The position numbers and the translations under genes were made by a program. Below, one piece after another: positions 41,101 through 54,544 of a DNA stretch of 64,000 nt. Every line of letters begins with the position of its first letter. The first letter of the stretch is position 1. The notes beneath the pieces were generated by a model. That model worked only from the letters and a program-made list of their open reading frames with translations. It was not told the origin of the DNA and did no database searches. Source of the stretch: the human T2T-CHM13v2.0 reference genome, Homo sapiens. The stretch lies in assembly GCF_009914755.1 (NCBI RefSeq), contig NC_060932.1; one strand, given 5' to 3'.

Positions 41101-42584
41101 GAGCAGGATGTGGTCCTGCCAGAGTTTGGCCTGGGAAGCTCAGCAGGACCCATTTGAACAGACCCAGATTCGGCTGCACCAGATCACACTTTTCCACTCG
41201 AGCCATTAGTCAATTAAAAAACCCTGCAGCCTGGCTCTTGAGTGGTGCCAAACAGCATGAAACACAGCTCTCCCAGAAAGATGACATGTATGCTTTTGTT
41301 TTATTTCACAACCCTTTTTCCCTGTTCAGTCTTAGCAAGATATGCAGCCTGGTGGAGAAGCGGTGGCTCTGCTAGAGTGGCCAGGACAGTGGCTGTTTCC
41401 CTGCAGACCCTCCCAGGTGCTTTCTGAGGTGGTGGTTGTCTGTAGGCTGGCACCTCAGGCAGCCAAGGTCATTGACCAGCTGGCCCCATAGGGCAGTGAG
41501 GCCCTGCTGTATGGGGCCTCTGCTCCAGCAGCTCTGATGCTCCAAAACAAGCACCGTTTCATGCTGCAGCTGTGTAAGGAGATAAGAATCCACACTAGAC
41601 ATGGCCTGAGAGACCATCACCCTGTGCATGTTTCAAAGAGTGGTGCTGACAGCAGAGTGATGCCTTAGGATGGGGCCGGCAAGGGACTGGGGTGTCGTGC
41701 TCAGACCCTGGAGCTGCCTTTGTCACCACCATGGGGCACTTACCTGCAGGGGCCCATTCAGGCCTGGGCCTGGGGTGCCTTGTGGGCTTTAGCTTTTGGA
41801 TTGCAAGAACACCAGTCTACTATGTCCCAGGCTGGCCACACAGGTTCTCAAGCCTGGCCGTGCAAGAGAATCACTGGGACACATTAAAGTCAGGGTGCTG
41901 GGCTCCACCTACAGAGGGTATGACTTAGCAGGTTTGGATGGGTCTTAACAACCAGCAGTTTTAGGGGTGTGAGGACTGGGAATAACTGCTGCAGACCAGG
42001 TCACTGCCTTACATTGGGTTCATGATTCTCAACTGGTGCTGCAGTGGAACCATTCAGGGGCATCACCAACCCCACTGAATCTGCTGCTAGACTTGGAAGA
42101 AGAAAAACAAGAGTTTGGTGCACTGCCTCTTCCTCTCTGGAAACAACGGCACCATGAGCCACGTGGAGCACCAAGTTCCTGTACAAGCGGGACCCACTGT
42201 GAGGTGTGCCACCCCATCAGGCGGTGTGAGGACCTTTTGACGCCATTAGCAGAGTGGAGTAGAAAAGAGTTTAGTGTCTCCCCAAATCACTGGGTTCTTC
42301 AAAAAGTTGTTGGGCAAATGCTCAGAACCCAAGTTAAGGTCTCAAGCAAGTCAGGCAGTTGCCTTCAGGAAGGTGACTAGAAATGTGAAGCAGCCCAGGA
42401 GCAGCTGGGTGCCCTGCAGGTGGCCTGGAGCAGGTCACACATGCATCTTGTTGACCCTGCTTGCACCTGTCTTAAGGCACCTGTTCTGCAAGAAGCAGGA
42501 ACCAAGGAAACACACACTCCTGTTGTGCTGGGAAATGGTTTAATGACTAATTTAGAATAAAACAACAACAACAAAAAACCAGCT

Positions 42585-43368
42585 GAATCAAAAAAGAGGC
42601 TGTATAGCCAAGACAATCCTAAGCAAAAAGAACAAAGCTGGAGGCATCATGCTGCCTGACTTCAAACTATACTACAAGGCTACAGTAACCAAAACAGCAT
42701 TGTACTGGTACCAAAACAGATATATAGGCCAATGGAACAGAACAGAAGCCTCAGAAATAACACCACACATCTACAACCATCTGCTCTTTGATAAACCTGA
42801 CAAAAACAAGAAATGGGGAAAGGATTCTCTATTTAATAAATGGTGCTGGGAAAACTGCTAGGCATATGCAAAAAACTGAAACTGGACCCCTTCCTTATGC
42901 CTTATACAAAAATTAACTCAAGATGGATTAAAGACTTACATGTAAGACCTAAAACCATAAAAACCCTAGAAGAAAACCTAGGCAATACCATTCAGGACAT
43001 AGGCATGGGCAAAGACTTCATGACTAGAACACCAAAAGCAATGGCAACAAATGCCAAAATTGACAAATGGGATCTTATTAAACTAAAGAGCTTCTGCACA
43101 GCAAAAGAAACTATCATCAGAGTGAACAGGCAACCTACAGAATGGGAGAAAATTTTTGCAATCTATCCACCTGACAAAGGGCCAATATCCAGAATCTACA
43201 AAGAACTTAAACAAATTTACAAGAAAAAACCAACAACCACATCAAAAAGTGGGCGAAGTATATGAACAGACACTTCTCAAAAGAAGATATTTATGCGGCC
43301 AACAAACATATGAAAAAAAGCTCATCATTACTGGTCATTAGAGAAATGCAAATCAAAACCACAATGAG
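42585..43368 (+). mobile_element. L1PA ORF2 internal fragment (truncated at both ends)
   Basis: [25 protein letters not shown] and [19 protein letters not shown]; no 3'UTR or poly(A). Confidence 0.92.
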
Positions 43369-46340
43369 TTGCATTTTTTGCCTCAAACATGTTTCAACCA
43401 TGAGCTTAAGATGCAAAAATTGTGTTTTTTAAAAGATAAGAAATACATTTCTCCTTTAAAACAAAAATGATGCTCACCACAGGCCCTATCATGCTCCAAG
43501 AATGACTCATGTCCTAAGTGAATTTGCTTAAGTTTGGAAAAGTTTAAAAAAGTTTAAAAAGGCCAATATTTCTAACCCTCTTCCTCCACTCCTTAATCAG
43601 GCCCCCAGCATGTGGACTTTTCATTTCCCCAAACTGATGTATTTTTCTGACTGAAAAAAAAAATGCAGCTGGGTCCTTGTCATTCCTGGTGAACACACTG
43701 TTTGTGGCAGAGGTGTCTGAGCTGAGGTTGCGTTATCTGAGTACAAGTGTCTTGGAGTTGCTTGTCAGGATGGGCCCGAGTCAGGGCTGTCCTTGCTGGG
43801 CAGCCCTCAAGTGCAATTCATGACTTAAGGGTTCTAATTAGGGGTTCTGTCCTTCCAGATGTAAATACAAAGTGGGTGAGCAATTCCAGCTTCTGCAATC
43901 ACAGCCCAGCACTTCCTGTCGGGCCTGGAGGAGGGCAGGGAGCCCCTGGGGTCTGCCTAAGGGAGCGTGGTGGAGGGGCTGGAGGAAGCAGCAACATCAA
44001 AGGGTGCTGGGCAGAGCTTCTTGGCGCTCCGACGTCCCCAGACAGATGCTCGGCTTTTTGCTCCGTGACACGAGGTTGTACCAATCTGGATCTTTATCAG
44101 CTGCAGGCCAGCACCTCCTTCCTGCTGTGTGCTGGTCTCTTTTCCGACATGCCAGATTTTCCCCACACTTTCAAATCCTCCCCGAGCGACTCCGCTGGCT
44201 GGAGCTCAGAGTGCAGGCCATCAATTCCCAGCTGCCAAATCCAGGCTCCAGATGCCTGGGCAAGGGGGCTCACATGCTTGGGAGTGGGGTTGCAGGCTTC
44301 CTTTTCCCTGTTTTCGAGAAATCTGGCCTGTGCTTCACCCTCGCCCTCCCTGAAGCCCTGGAAAAGACCTGGGTCACCCCTGTACAGTCTCTGAGGTCTG
44401 ATTCCTGGAGGCAGGGGTCTCAGGGGCAGCCTGAAGCGGAATGATCTTGCAAGGGACAGAAAAAGAGTCCTCTCCAAATCCTGGGAAAGCTCCCTGGCTT
44501 GGCACTAGGGGTGTGCAGTAAGCCAGAGTTGGTGATATAGGTGGACAAGAGACAATGCTCCACACCCCTTGAACTCTCTGGTATGAAGGAGAAACTTTTT
44601 TTAATCTCTAATTTTTAATGTATAACAGATTTATATTTTTATGTTATGATAAATAACTAAAAATGAAATAAGAAAGAAGACATACAAAGTACAAGTTCAA
44701 TAGTTTATTTTCAGATTTGACAGCCATCAGATTATTCTGATGAATTGCAGTGATGGTTTTTGAACCTTGAATCCCAATTTCTGTCCTTATTGTGCTGTAG
44801 ACCAGGAGCAGAGAGTGAACAGGCACCATTCAAAGCACTGCATCTAGAGTAGTTTGGTAAGTCCTGGAGTGTGTGTGAATATATGTGCATGAGTGTGTGG
44901 GTATGAGTCTGAGAGTGCACATGTGTGTGAGTGGGTGTGTGAGGGTGTGAGTGTGGAATAGGGGAGAGGAGGGGTGTGCTTAGGCTGGGACTCGGAGGAG
45001 TACCTAGGGGGCTTAGACCATGCCTGTCCCCATACATGGGGTCTAATTAATGGGTGCCTTCAGGAGGGGGTGCACACCCAGGACAGGTGTGCAAAGAAAG
45101 GTGTGGAGACAGGGAGGAGCCTTTCCCACGGAGCAGACTGGCCAGCCAGGAGGGCAGGCCTGTGTGGTGGCGGCTGGGCCGTGGCTGGATTCAGCATGGA
45201 TCTGTCCCGTATGTAGGCAACGGCCAAGCGTGTGCACATCTTACTCAACCCAGCTCTCCCGGTGTCCCTTGGAGATGTGTTATCATCAGCTCTATTTTGG
45301 AATGGGGACACTGAGTCTCAAAGCCCTAGGGGCTTGCTGAAGTGACAAGGCTGGACACCAAATCCACTTGTATTCCCAACTCCAGTTCTCACAGCATTAC
45401 AGCAGCCCCCGCGAGCATCCCCTCTGCTGAGACTAGTATTATTATTGTTGAGTTCTGTTAGGAGAGAAATCGGTGTAGAGAGAACCTTTCCATGACTGCC
45501 TCTGGGAAGCATCGTCCTCCAATGAGAGGTCTGGCCAATTTGGACTGGGGTAGAGGGGCTGTTGTAATCAGAAATATATAATAAAATAAATTATTTCAAA
45601 TAGTCTATTATAACTATCCAGGCATCTCCTTTGCAAGAACTGGTTGGGGAGGGTTGGGGCACAAAAGTGTTTTTAGTGTTCCAAGGAAATGTTTCATTTT
45701 CTATTTAAAAAATGTTAAACAGACATTTTCTGAGTTTTTACTCAAGACCAAGAGACAAGTTTAGTTGTAGTTAAAGGTTTACCTTCTTATCTATTGCAGG
45801 CAGCTGTCTTCATGCAGGCTTCTGAAGATGGCTGAAGCATGTGGCCTGGTGCCCTGTGCATCTGGGCAGGAGAGGCTGACCCCAGCTCTGCACCGTGGGG
45901 TTGTGCCCCTTGAGGGCCTTGCCTGCTGGGCCTGGCACCATCTGTGCCCTGCACCATCAGGGCTGCATGCTGTCTGGGCTCTGCAGGGCTGCGGGTGAGG
46001 ATTTGGTGGAGGCTCCAAGTTCTCCAGGTTCCTAATCCTCTGCTTCCTCAAACATAGGTTGTAGGAGAGCCCCAGGAACCCCATCATACAACATTCAAGA
46101 TTTGATGTAAAGAAACCATGAAAACTGCCCTTTAAAATAATATGTATCGATAGACCACCGCCTAAGGCAGATGGAAGAAAAGTCAACAGTGGCCTCTTCG
46201 AGCTGGTCTTTATGCCTTCCCTCGCGGGTTTCTCCCTCTATGGCTATGTTGTCCTGCTCTGTGAGGCCCAGAGACTGAGTTAGAGGCCAGAGGGGCTGTG
46301 GGCAGCAGCTCTCCCCCGGGAGAAGTGCATACAGGGAATG

Positions 46341-46590
46341 CACCTAAGCTGGGTTGTGTGGTGTACCTGGCACCTAAGCTGGGTTGTGGGGTATATGTGG
46401 AGCCTAAGCTGGGTTTTGGGGTGTACCTGGTGCCTAAGCTGGGTTGTGGGGTGTACCTCGTGCCTAAGGAAGGTTGTGGGGTATACCTGGAGCCTAAGCT
46501 GGGTTGTGGGGCGTGCCTGGCACCTAAGCTGGGTTGTGGGGTGTGCATGGAGCCTAAGCTGGATTGTGAGGTGTACCTGGTGCCTAAGCT
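46341..46590. repeat. 30-bp minisatellite, ~8.3 copies
   Basis: Unit (c/t/a)(a/g)cctaagctgggttgtggggtgtacctgg at an exact 30-bp period. Confidence 0.95.
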
Positions 46591-46669
46591 GTGCGTGTGA
46601 GTGTACTTGGCTGGTTCTGAACAGGGTCGGGGTGATGCTGTATTTGTTTTTTAGAAAGAATGCCACCTT

Positions 46670-46901
46670 GGCCAGGCATGTTGGCTCATGCCTGTAATCC
46701 CAGCACTTTGGGAGGCCGAGGCAGGTGGATCTCTTAAGGTCAGGAGTTTGATACCAGCCTGGCCAGTATGGTGAAACCCCATCTCTACTAACAAAAAATA
46801 CAAAAATTAGCTGGATGTGGTGATGTGGGCCTGTAGTCTCAGCTACTCGGGAGGCTGAGGCAGGAGAATTGCTTAAACCCAGGAGGCGGAGGTTGCAGTG
46901 A
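46670..46901 (+). mobile_element. AluS, 3'-truncated
   Basis: Stops at ggttgcagtga with no tail or TSD. Confidence 0.9.
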
Positions 46902-47639
46902 AGAAAATGAAACCTGGAACCAGAAAGGCAGAAGACCTAGATGGAGAGAGAAGCAATACACAAACAAGATGAGGTTGGGCATGTTTGACTTGGTTTGCAA
47001 ATTGCCTTTTGGACACTGAAGAAGGTTATGCATGAAACTGGGATGGAAGAGACAAAAAGAAGATAAAATGATACAGATTTTTGCCTCTTGGCCCTTGTAG
47101 TCCTGTGTGCATTTTGGGGTCAGGAATGAGTATCTCACTCCTACCTTCCTGACTTGGAAAGGAATTTGTGGTGAGCACCATTTTTAGCTGTCTGACTTTC
47201 CCCTGGCTTCTGAAGCCAGTCTACGGGTTCTGTTCAATAAGTCTGGAAGGGTTCTGTTGGGCCAGGGTGAAAAAGGAAGGGGGGTGCCCCTTGGCCATGG
47301 TGTGAATGTCCTGGGCCAGAGGGCAGGCGCCTTCTTGGAATCAAGTGAATGTGCTGAGGTCAAGCTAGAGAAACATGTCTGTAGTGTGTGGTCAGAGCAT
47401 GGGTAAATACCAGTAGCAGAGGTGCAGAGCCCAGGAGGACAGGACCGGGAGAAGCTGGCCAGGCACGGTGAGGGACTGGCATCAGGGCAGCAGACACCCC
47501 TGAGGCCTGGCTCTCTCCCAGTGTACAGCAAGACCAGGTCTGGGGCTGGGCCCTTCCTGAGTGGACACCTTTGCCCCTCCCCAAGGGGGCTTCTAGTGCC
47601 CCAGGCCTTGGTTTTACCATCCAGTTCTTTGTTTATTTT

Positions 47640-48170
47640 CATTCTACCATTCTATTCTTTCTTTTAATTACACTGGCGAGATAGATGCAGATATCTCACT
47701 GGCGATGCATATATTTGTAGTATATATATATATAAAATAAAGCAAAAGATCCCTATCACCCTCTTTTATAATCCTGTCCTCTTCCCAGAAACACGCTCTT
47801 ATCAGTTTGGTGTGACATGCACTATCTTTTTTTTTTTTTGATGTTATCTGCATACACTTATGTGTACATATAAAAATGTATAGATATAAAAGCATGCATA
47901 GTGTCGTATACTATACATGTTTCACAAACTGGCTTTTACACTTGGCATATTTTATCTTAAAGAACTTTCTGTGTTTGTCTGTTTAGCAGCTGCATTGCAC
48001 TACAGTTAATTTAGCCATTTTCTCTATTGACAAATATTTAGGATTTTCTGATTGGTCACAATACAAATATCGCTGCTATGAACATCCTTACATGTGTCCC
48101 TTTGTGCCCAAATTTGAGTACTTTTCTAGCATAGATATCTAGAAGTGAAATTCTGGGACTCAATATTTCA
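47640..48170 (-). mobile_element. Degraded L1M 3'UTR
   Basis: gctgctatgaacatcctt…tagatatctagaagtgaaattctggg, L1M-like. Confidence 0.55.
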
Positions 48171-51100
48171 TCTTTTCTTGTGAAGTAGTTGTGTGTAGGG
48201 TATTAGCTGTTGGGTTTGATTGGTGACCAGTTCCTTTGCATAAGATGGCATGTTGCTCAGTAGAGATGATGATTCCTTGTGCACAAGCATAGTCCTTGGC
48301 TCATGCTTAAACAGCCAGTGGCCTCTCTCGGGTATGGCAGTGACCTAGAGTGGGAAGGATGCCATGTCCCACAGTCTGAACTCATGTGGTCTGGAATCCT
48401 CCAGACTCTGCTATGTTCTCTTAGACCTCCAGCCTGGTGTTTTGGGTGGATAATCCAGACAGAGGATAATTGAAACCTTTCTGGGAGCTTTTCTTCACTA
48501 TGGGTCAACCATCGTATGGTCAAATAAATGTTGGTACCCTGTGGGAAGATGGGAGCTCTCCTTGGTGGGAAGGTGAGATATTGCAGCTCATGTTGCTTGC
48601 CACAAAACTCATTCCCAGGGTGGCCTTTCCAGATTAGTGTCATCCCCATGGTAACTGGCCATCCCCAATCTCCTGCATCCCTGTTATGGCACTGGGACAG
48701 CTGGAACTTCTCCCAGAAGAAAAGATAGAGACTTATTAGAAATTTCCAAGGTTTTAATCTGTTGAGTTATTCATCATTTGGAACTGTGGCTAGTCTCAAT
48801 TGAGAAGCCATCGAGTTTAATCTTCTTGATCAAGACCTGAGTTTCCAACCTCTGAATGGGAGGGAGTCTTATGCAAAGCAGTGGTCTTGGGCTTGTCTTC
48901 TGTGGTTCGATAGCACAAGGTGTAAATATCTATCATGTTGAAAAGTTGCTATTTCCTGGTCACAGAGAAGGAAGCATTGGTGTGGAAGGGCCCTGGGGAC
49001 TTGGTCATGTCCTTAATCTGCCATTTAGTGACTGTGACCGTGTGTTGGGGATGTTCCTTCTTTTGTAAAATGAGGGGCCTGAAGCAGATCTTCTGAGTTC
49101 AAGTCCAGCTCTAAGTCTCTGAGTTTGATTAAGTGCCCTCTCTTTTCTGGGAACTTTTTGCAAAGTTACAGTTTGCTTTTGTAATCTGCAGAAAAGGAAA
49201 AATTTCCGCAGAAAAGGAATACATGTTCTTTCGATGCTGTCATCAGGCCAGGGGATTTTTCTGTAATTAAGGGGATCTAGTAAGCAGAGACTCGAGAGGT
49301 CTGAATCAGTGTCTCAGCATTGCCTGGGCCTGGCTGAGGGCTCTGGTCCCTGTTACCAACCTGAAGGCACATTTCCTCACCCCGAAAGCACAGAGGAGGC
49401 AGGCCTCTGTGACTGACACTGAGTCCCTTGTGGTTCCCAAGTGTTCACCTTTGTGAAAAGCAATCTCACTGATTCTCTTTCTCTGCCTGGCATTATCTTG
49501 CCCATTGCATCATTTCTCAAAGATGGAGGTTCATCCTGCAAATCCAACCCCAGGAGTTTAAAGCTCACCCCTCTACTTGATATCCCAATGGGTTAGAGTG
49601 GCTGCAGTGATGGGGAGCTCAGAGCCTGGGTGCAGGTGGCAAAAAAAAAAAAACAAAACAGGCTGGGTCTGCAGCCTTGTTGGACAGAGCAAATAATGAT
49701 GTATTTGCTCAGTTTCAGGGCTGGTCCCATGCAAACCTCAAAGGAGGTGATGGTGTCTTTGGGCTTCTGTGTTCCTTTTCCTGTCCCTCTGTAGACATTC
49801 TCCTTTCTATCAATCAATCAGCATCTACCTGTTCACCCACTTCCTATGCCAAGTCTGCTTTTCTAGGAAGAGATTTGATAATTTGATTTACATTGTTGTA
49901 AGTGAATTTTATCATTGCAACCCTAAGAAGATAAAGGCATAAAAACCATCAAACTGCATTTCCAGGTTAGTGACATCATGGTGTTTTAAGCACTTTCTCC
50001 CCTTCAGGGCTGGGGTGACAGAAGTGAGTAAGGCTCCTGTTGTGTGTTGTTTTGCTTTGCTCTGTTGCTGTAACCCTATAAGATGCTATCACTGACATGT
50101 ATTCATAGCACCCCTGTGACACATAAGGGGTGTGCTTTCCATTTTTTAACACAAGAACATTCAGATGTGTCATATTTCCTGTGACAGTATGCTCAATAGA
50201 TTTGATTTTCAAAGACTGTATCAACTTGCGTGCTAAGACAGCTGTGCCACTTACCTTCATTTTGAGTGGCTTAAAAATAAGGACACATCAGTGAGGATGG
50301 GAGACGTATATCCTCCTAGCTTCACAAACACTTGAGGCTCTGAGAAATACTTGTCGACATGTCCATCCTTTTCCTCTGGCTGGAGGAGCCAAGACTGAAG
50401 GTGAAATGGTGAAGTCAGCTGTTCTTTTTAGTGAGGTGTCTTTGAACATGGGAATTGTTAGTACGTCTTTTTTATTGTAGTAACACTAGCCTGTGTGTCC
50501 TTCAGCTAGTACAGTTTAGAATTTTTTTGCCTAAGAAAATAGAGCTTGTTTTCTCCCTTTCCTGTGCCAGCTTCGAGGTTCTAAGATGTCACTGTTTTTC
50601 TCATTAAGAGTCACACACCCCCTCCCTTACCTTTCTCTTTTATTTTTAAATTACAGATTTAAAGGCCCCATCTACCCATCCACTCACCGTTCCATTCGCC
50701 TATCCATCCACCCACCCATTCCACACAGAAAATGCTGAATCTTCTGTAGGTACAAAAAGTCCTGATATAAATAAGATAGTCTAATAATACTCTTCTGTGC
50801 TGCCTGGTCATCAGTGTTCTAGATAAGGAGGGTTTTATGGTATAATTTGTTTTAAAAGATACATCTGGGCCAAGAAACAGTGTGAGCATTAAAAATGGAC
50901 TTGGTTACTATTTTTAGGGAGGTTTGGGGACAGTCTCTTTATTGAGGTCTCATCATGTTAACAATGATCAAGTGTCTATAATAATTTATTGACGATGATC
51001 AATGCCTAGCCCTATAGCTTGAATACTGGATTCTCAATAAATATTTGATCGGTTGATTGAATGATAAAACTGATTGGTGAAGAAGTCTGCACATGAAATG

Positions 51101-53904
51101 ATAAATGTGAATAGACTTTTGGATTCAAGGTGAAATGGCTCAGTAGACACCATTGCACCATCATAATGTTATAACTTTAATAACATGATACTATTTTGTT
51201 ATTCTTTTATGGCTTGGTACAGAAAAGTTTGTGTCTTATAAATGCCAGAATACTGTTACTTCAAATGGGTTTTGGGTGCAATGGGACTTGTTTATTTCCT
51301 TAGTGCCCCCTTGGTCCCAGTAGACAGTGTTTTCTGGGAAGAAAGATGCTGTATTCCAGAAATGTAATGTCACAGTCTTCCTCCACAGTGCTGAGAACAA
51401 TTCCACACTCTGGGTGGATGTTATTTCTTCTACAAATCAGAGTGAGTTCTGGGGCTAATTATTTCCTTCTGTCAAACAGGGCAATAGCAAATGGTCATCT
51501 CTTTCATCATGACACACTATGATGAGCTCAGCCACTTCCTTGCTCTAATTTCCTGGATTGCTACACAAAAGATCTGTGGAGTGCAACACAGCATCCTTTG
51601 GAAATCACAGCAGAAAGTTCTTTCTCCCCCCAGAAGGAGTAGGAAGAGAATGGAGCTGACACAATAGCTTTGTGTATAAATAGCGTCTCGTTTATGAAAC
51701 TGGGACCACTTTTCTGTGCAGGATCTCTACAGGAATATCAAGGAGTGGATGTGACATGTTATTGACCTTAGCAGATATTTTACAACCTGGGGTTATAATA
51801 ATCTCAGGAATTCCCCTGACATCATTTTCCCCTGCATCATTTCCCCCCTTACCACCCCCAGCAGCACCCAAGTCCATTAGGGCACAATCCTTCCTGCACA
51901 GACCGGTCCTGGGTGGCCTTGCCTGCTAGCAAAGCACCCGCTGTGCACCGTTCTCGCCTGTGAGCACCCAGAGGAAGTTCACCGCCACCTTCCCCTTCTA
52001 CCACCTATGAGAAAAGGCCACCCTCTCTTGGATTTGATCCCAGAGCTCTGGGTCGAAGGCAGGGACTTCCTATGTAAGTAGAGTAAGTGAACAGCAGTGG
52101 GCGGATGCCTGGGAAGGCGGGCGAAGAGGGTGAGGGGTGTGCTCTCTCCTCACTCTAAACGCGGTGAAGGCTGTGTCCTTTGACGGCGTCCTGAACATCC
52201 GGGCCTGGAGCTTTGGTTATGACTGCGACATGTGCTCTGGCTCTCCTGCCTTTGTGCTCCAGGTGACTTGACCTCAGGTGCCTCCCGATGTGAGCAGCTG
52301 AGAACCAGCACGTGACTCACACCCACTTTTGCTTGGCTACCACTCGTGCTTCCCACTCCTGGACTTCTCTTCCATACCCACCCATACCCCCAGTTCTCTG
52401 TGGACCAGACGCTCATGGGGTGTCTGCTTTGAGCCCCATCCTGCACTGGGCTCCCCAGAGGCAAAGGTAGAGGGACAGAGACAGTGAGGAGGGAGGGGTA
52501 AACAATGGTCACTGTGCGGTGCGGTGTGACACTGCGGGAACATGTTCGGAGGTGTTGATGGGCACAGCCTGATTGATCATGGCACTGGAGTAGCGCTCAT
52601 TACACTGAGAGTCAGGATTCCCAGAGACAGACTGCAGTTCCAGGTCCAGTCTCATACAGCTCTGGCTGAAGATTCAGATCAGCTCGCAGCTACCTGATGG
52701 GATTTTAGGTGTTTCAGGATGACTGTGTGTCCTCCTCCAGCCAGAGAGTAGATATCTGAAATTTTGCCATTAGACATTCATTTCTTAGACATCATTCTTT
52801 TGGTTCACTCCTTGGTTAAAATAAACATTTATTTAGAGTGGAGCCACCTTAATCTTCAGCTCATTAATCCTGGGGTGTAGGTGTCACATTGCTGTTTAAG
52901 AAAGATGTTTGGAGGAGGGGTGGGTGGAGAGAGTGGAGGGAGTAAGCCTGTGCTGACTAGGGGAGGAGGGCAGCTTCTAGCAGAGGCTGACCATCTAGCT
53001 GCCTTCACAGGCCTTTGGCAGTGTTGCCTGCTGTGGTATAGGGACAGGCCCGGGCCCGGGCCCCTCACATGCACTGTCTGCTCCCACATTGCCTGGAGTC
53101 TGTGGAGAAGTTCACATGACAAGCTTGCAGGGCGAATTGTTTCCTCTTAATTATTTATTGGTGCAAAGCTAGAGAGGCCTGGTGACTGGGGTGGTGTAGG
53201 GGAAGGACAGCATTGTCCTCTGAAAGGGCTGTGCAAGGAGATGGCCACTCAGGGGCTGCTATGAGCCTCAGAAACCACCGAATCCATCTCATTTATTGTT
53301 TGGATAATAAATTGGAGATGCCGTTGCGGGGAAAGGGGCATTTCCTAAATTCGGGGAGAGATGGTAATGCAACGCTCCTGTCTTCTGGTCCAGGAGCTCA
53401 CAGTGAGGGAGCAGCGCTCCTGCCCTGAGTTCCTTTCACCAAGCCCTCTGGATTCCCCACATCCTACTCCACAGACAACAGGCAAGGTCGCCGTGCTGGG
53501 GCTGAAAGGCGCTCTGCACACCTTCCGCAGCGCCACTGCCTCTTCCTTGCCCTGCTGGAAGAAGAAGCAGGAGGGAATGGGTTTGAGGGAGAAGGATGGA
53601 AGCCTATTGTGGAGATACAGAAATTTACTACAATATAAGTTTAGGTCAAAGACTTAGTTCCACGTTGTAGGGTTGGCAGAGTCTGATTTGTGGTTTTGAC
53701 TCAGTCGTAAGGTAGGGGTGGGCCAGTTAGCAGCTGAACCTGTGAGCTCATGGAGTGAGTGGGCCACACGGGTTCTCCTAGACATCCCAGTGCCAGCAGA
53801 GCACAAGGTGTCAAGCAAGTGCTAAGTTCATGAAGTAAATGATGAATGCAAAGTGTGGCATGATCTGCTTAGTCTCCACTGTGCTGTGGTAAGCTTTGCT
53901 GTCG

Positions 53905-54325
53905 ATAGTGGAGTAGAATAGAGTATGGCATGGTGCAGTATGGCCTAATGCAGACAGCATAGTCTACTGTTGAATAGCACAGTGCAGTATGCCACAGTAC
54001 AGTGTGACTCAGTGCTGTATGGCACAGTGCAGTGTGACACAGTGCTGTATGACAGAGTGATGTATGGCACAGTGCTGTATGACACAGTGCCGTATGACAG
54101 AGTGCTGTATGACACAGTCAGCACTGTATGACACAGTGCAGGACAACACAGTATGCTACAGCATAGCACAGTACTGTATGGCAGGGTTAGTATGGTACAG
54201 TGCAGGTCAGCATAGTATAGCACAGTCTCGTGTGGCATAGTACAGTATAGTAAGTGTAGTATAGTACAATGTAGTCCAGCATAGTACAGTGTGGTACAGT
54301 ACAGTACAGTACAGTGCAGTATAGC
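53905..54325. repeat. Degenerate 5-bp-period repeat (ACAGT/ATAGT/GTATG) with a 15-bp higher-order unit
   Basis: gacacagtgctgtat repeated, grading into (ACAGT)n. Confidence 0.85.
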
Positions 54326-54377
54326 TAGGTGTAGGGTGGCTGTGCCTTTGAATAGAGAGGGAGGAAACACTTGTTTG

Positions 54378-54500
54378 ACTTTCTTTCTTTCCTTCCTTTC
54401 TTTCTTCCTTCCTTCCTTCCTTCCCTCTCTCCCTCCCTCCCTCTTTCTTTCTTTCTTTCTTTCTTTTTCTTTCTTTCATTCTTCATTTCTTCTTTTTTTC
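54378..54500. repeat. (TTTC)n/(TTCC)n polypyrimidine tract
   Basis: Direct inspection. Confidence 0.9.
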
Positions 54501-54544
54501 ATTTTTAGGATATTTTAATGCTTGCTTTCAAAAAACAGCTTTAT

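Noticed and set aside
43747-44477. 215, 190 and 126 aa ORFs
   Set aside because: Overlapping frames, non-ATG starts, no domain similarity or exon structure.
46341-46590. CRISPR-like regular array
   Set aside because: Head-to-tail units with no unique spacers, in eukaryotic context; it is a minisatellite.
53945-54518. Cys/Tyr/Thr-rich and Phe/Leu/Ser-rich ORFs
   Set aside because: Translations of simple repeats.
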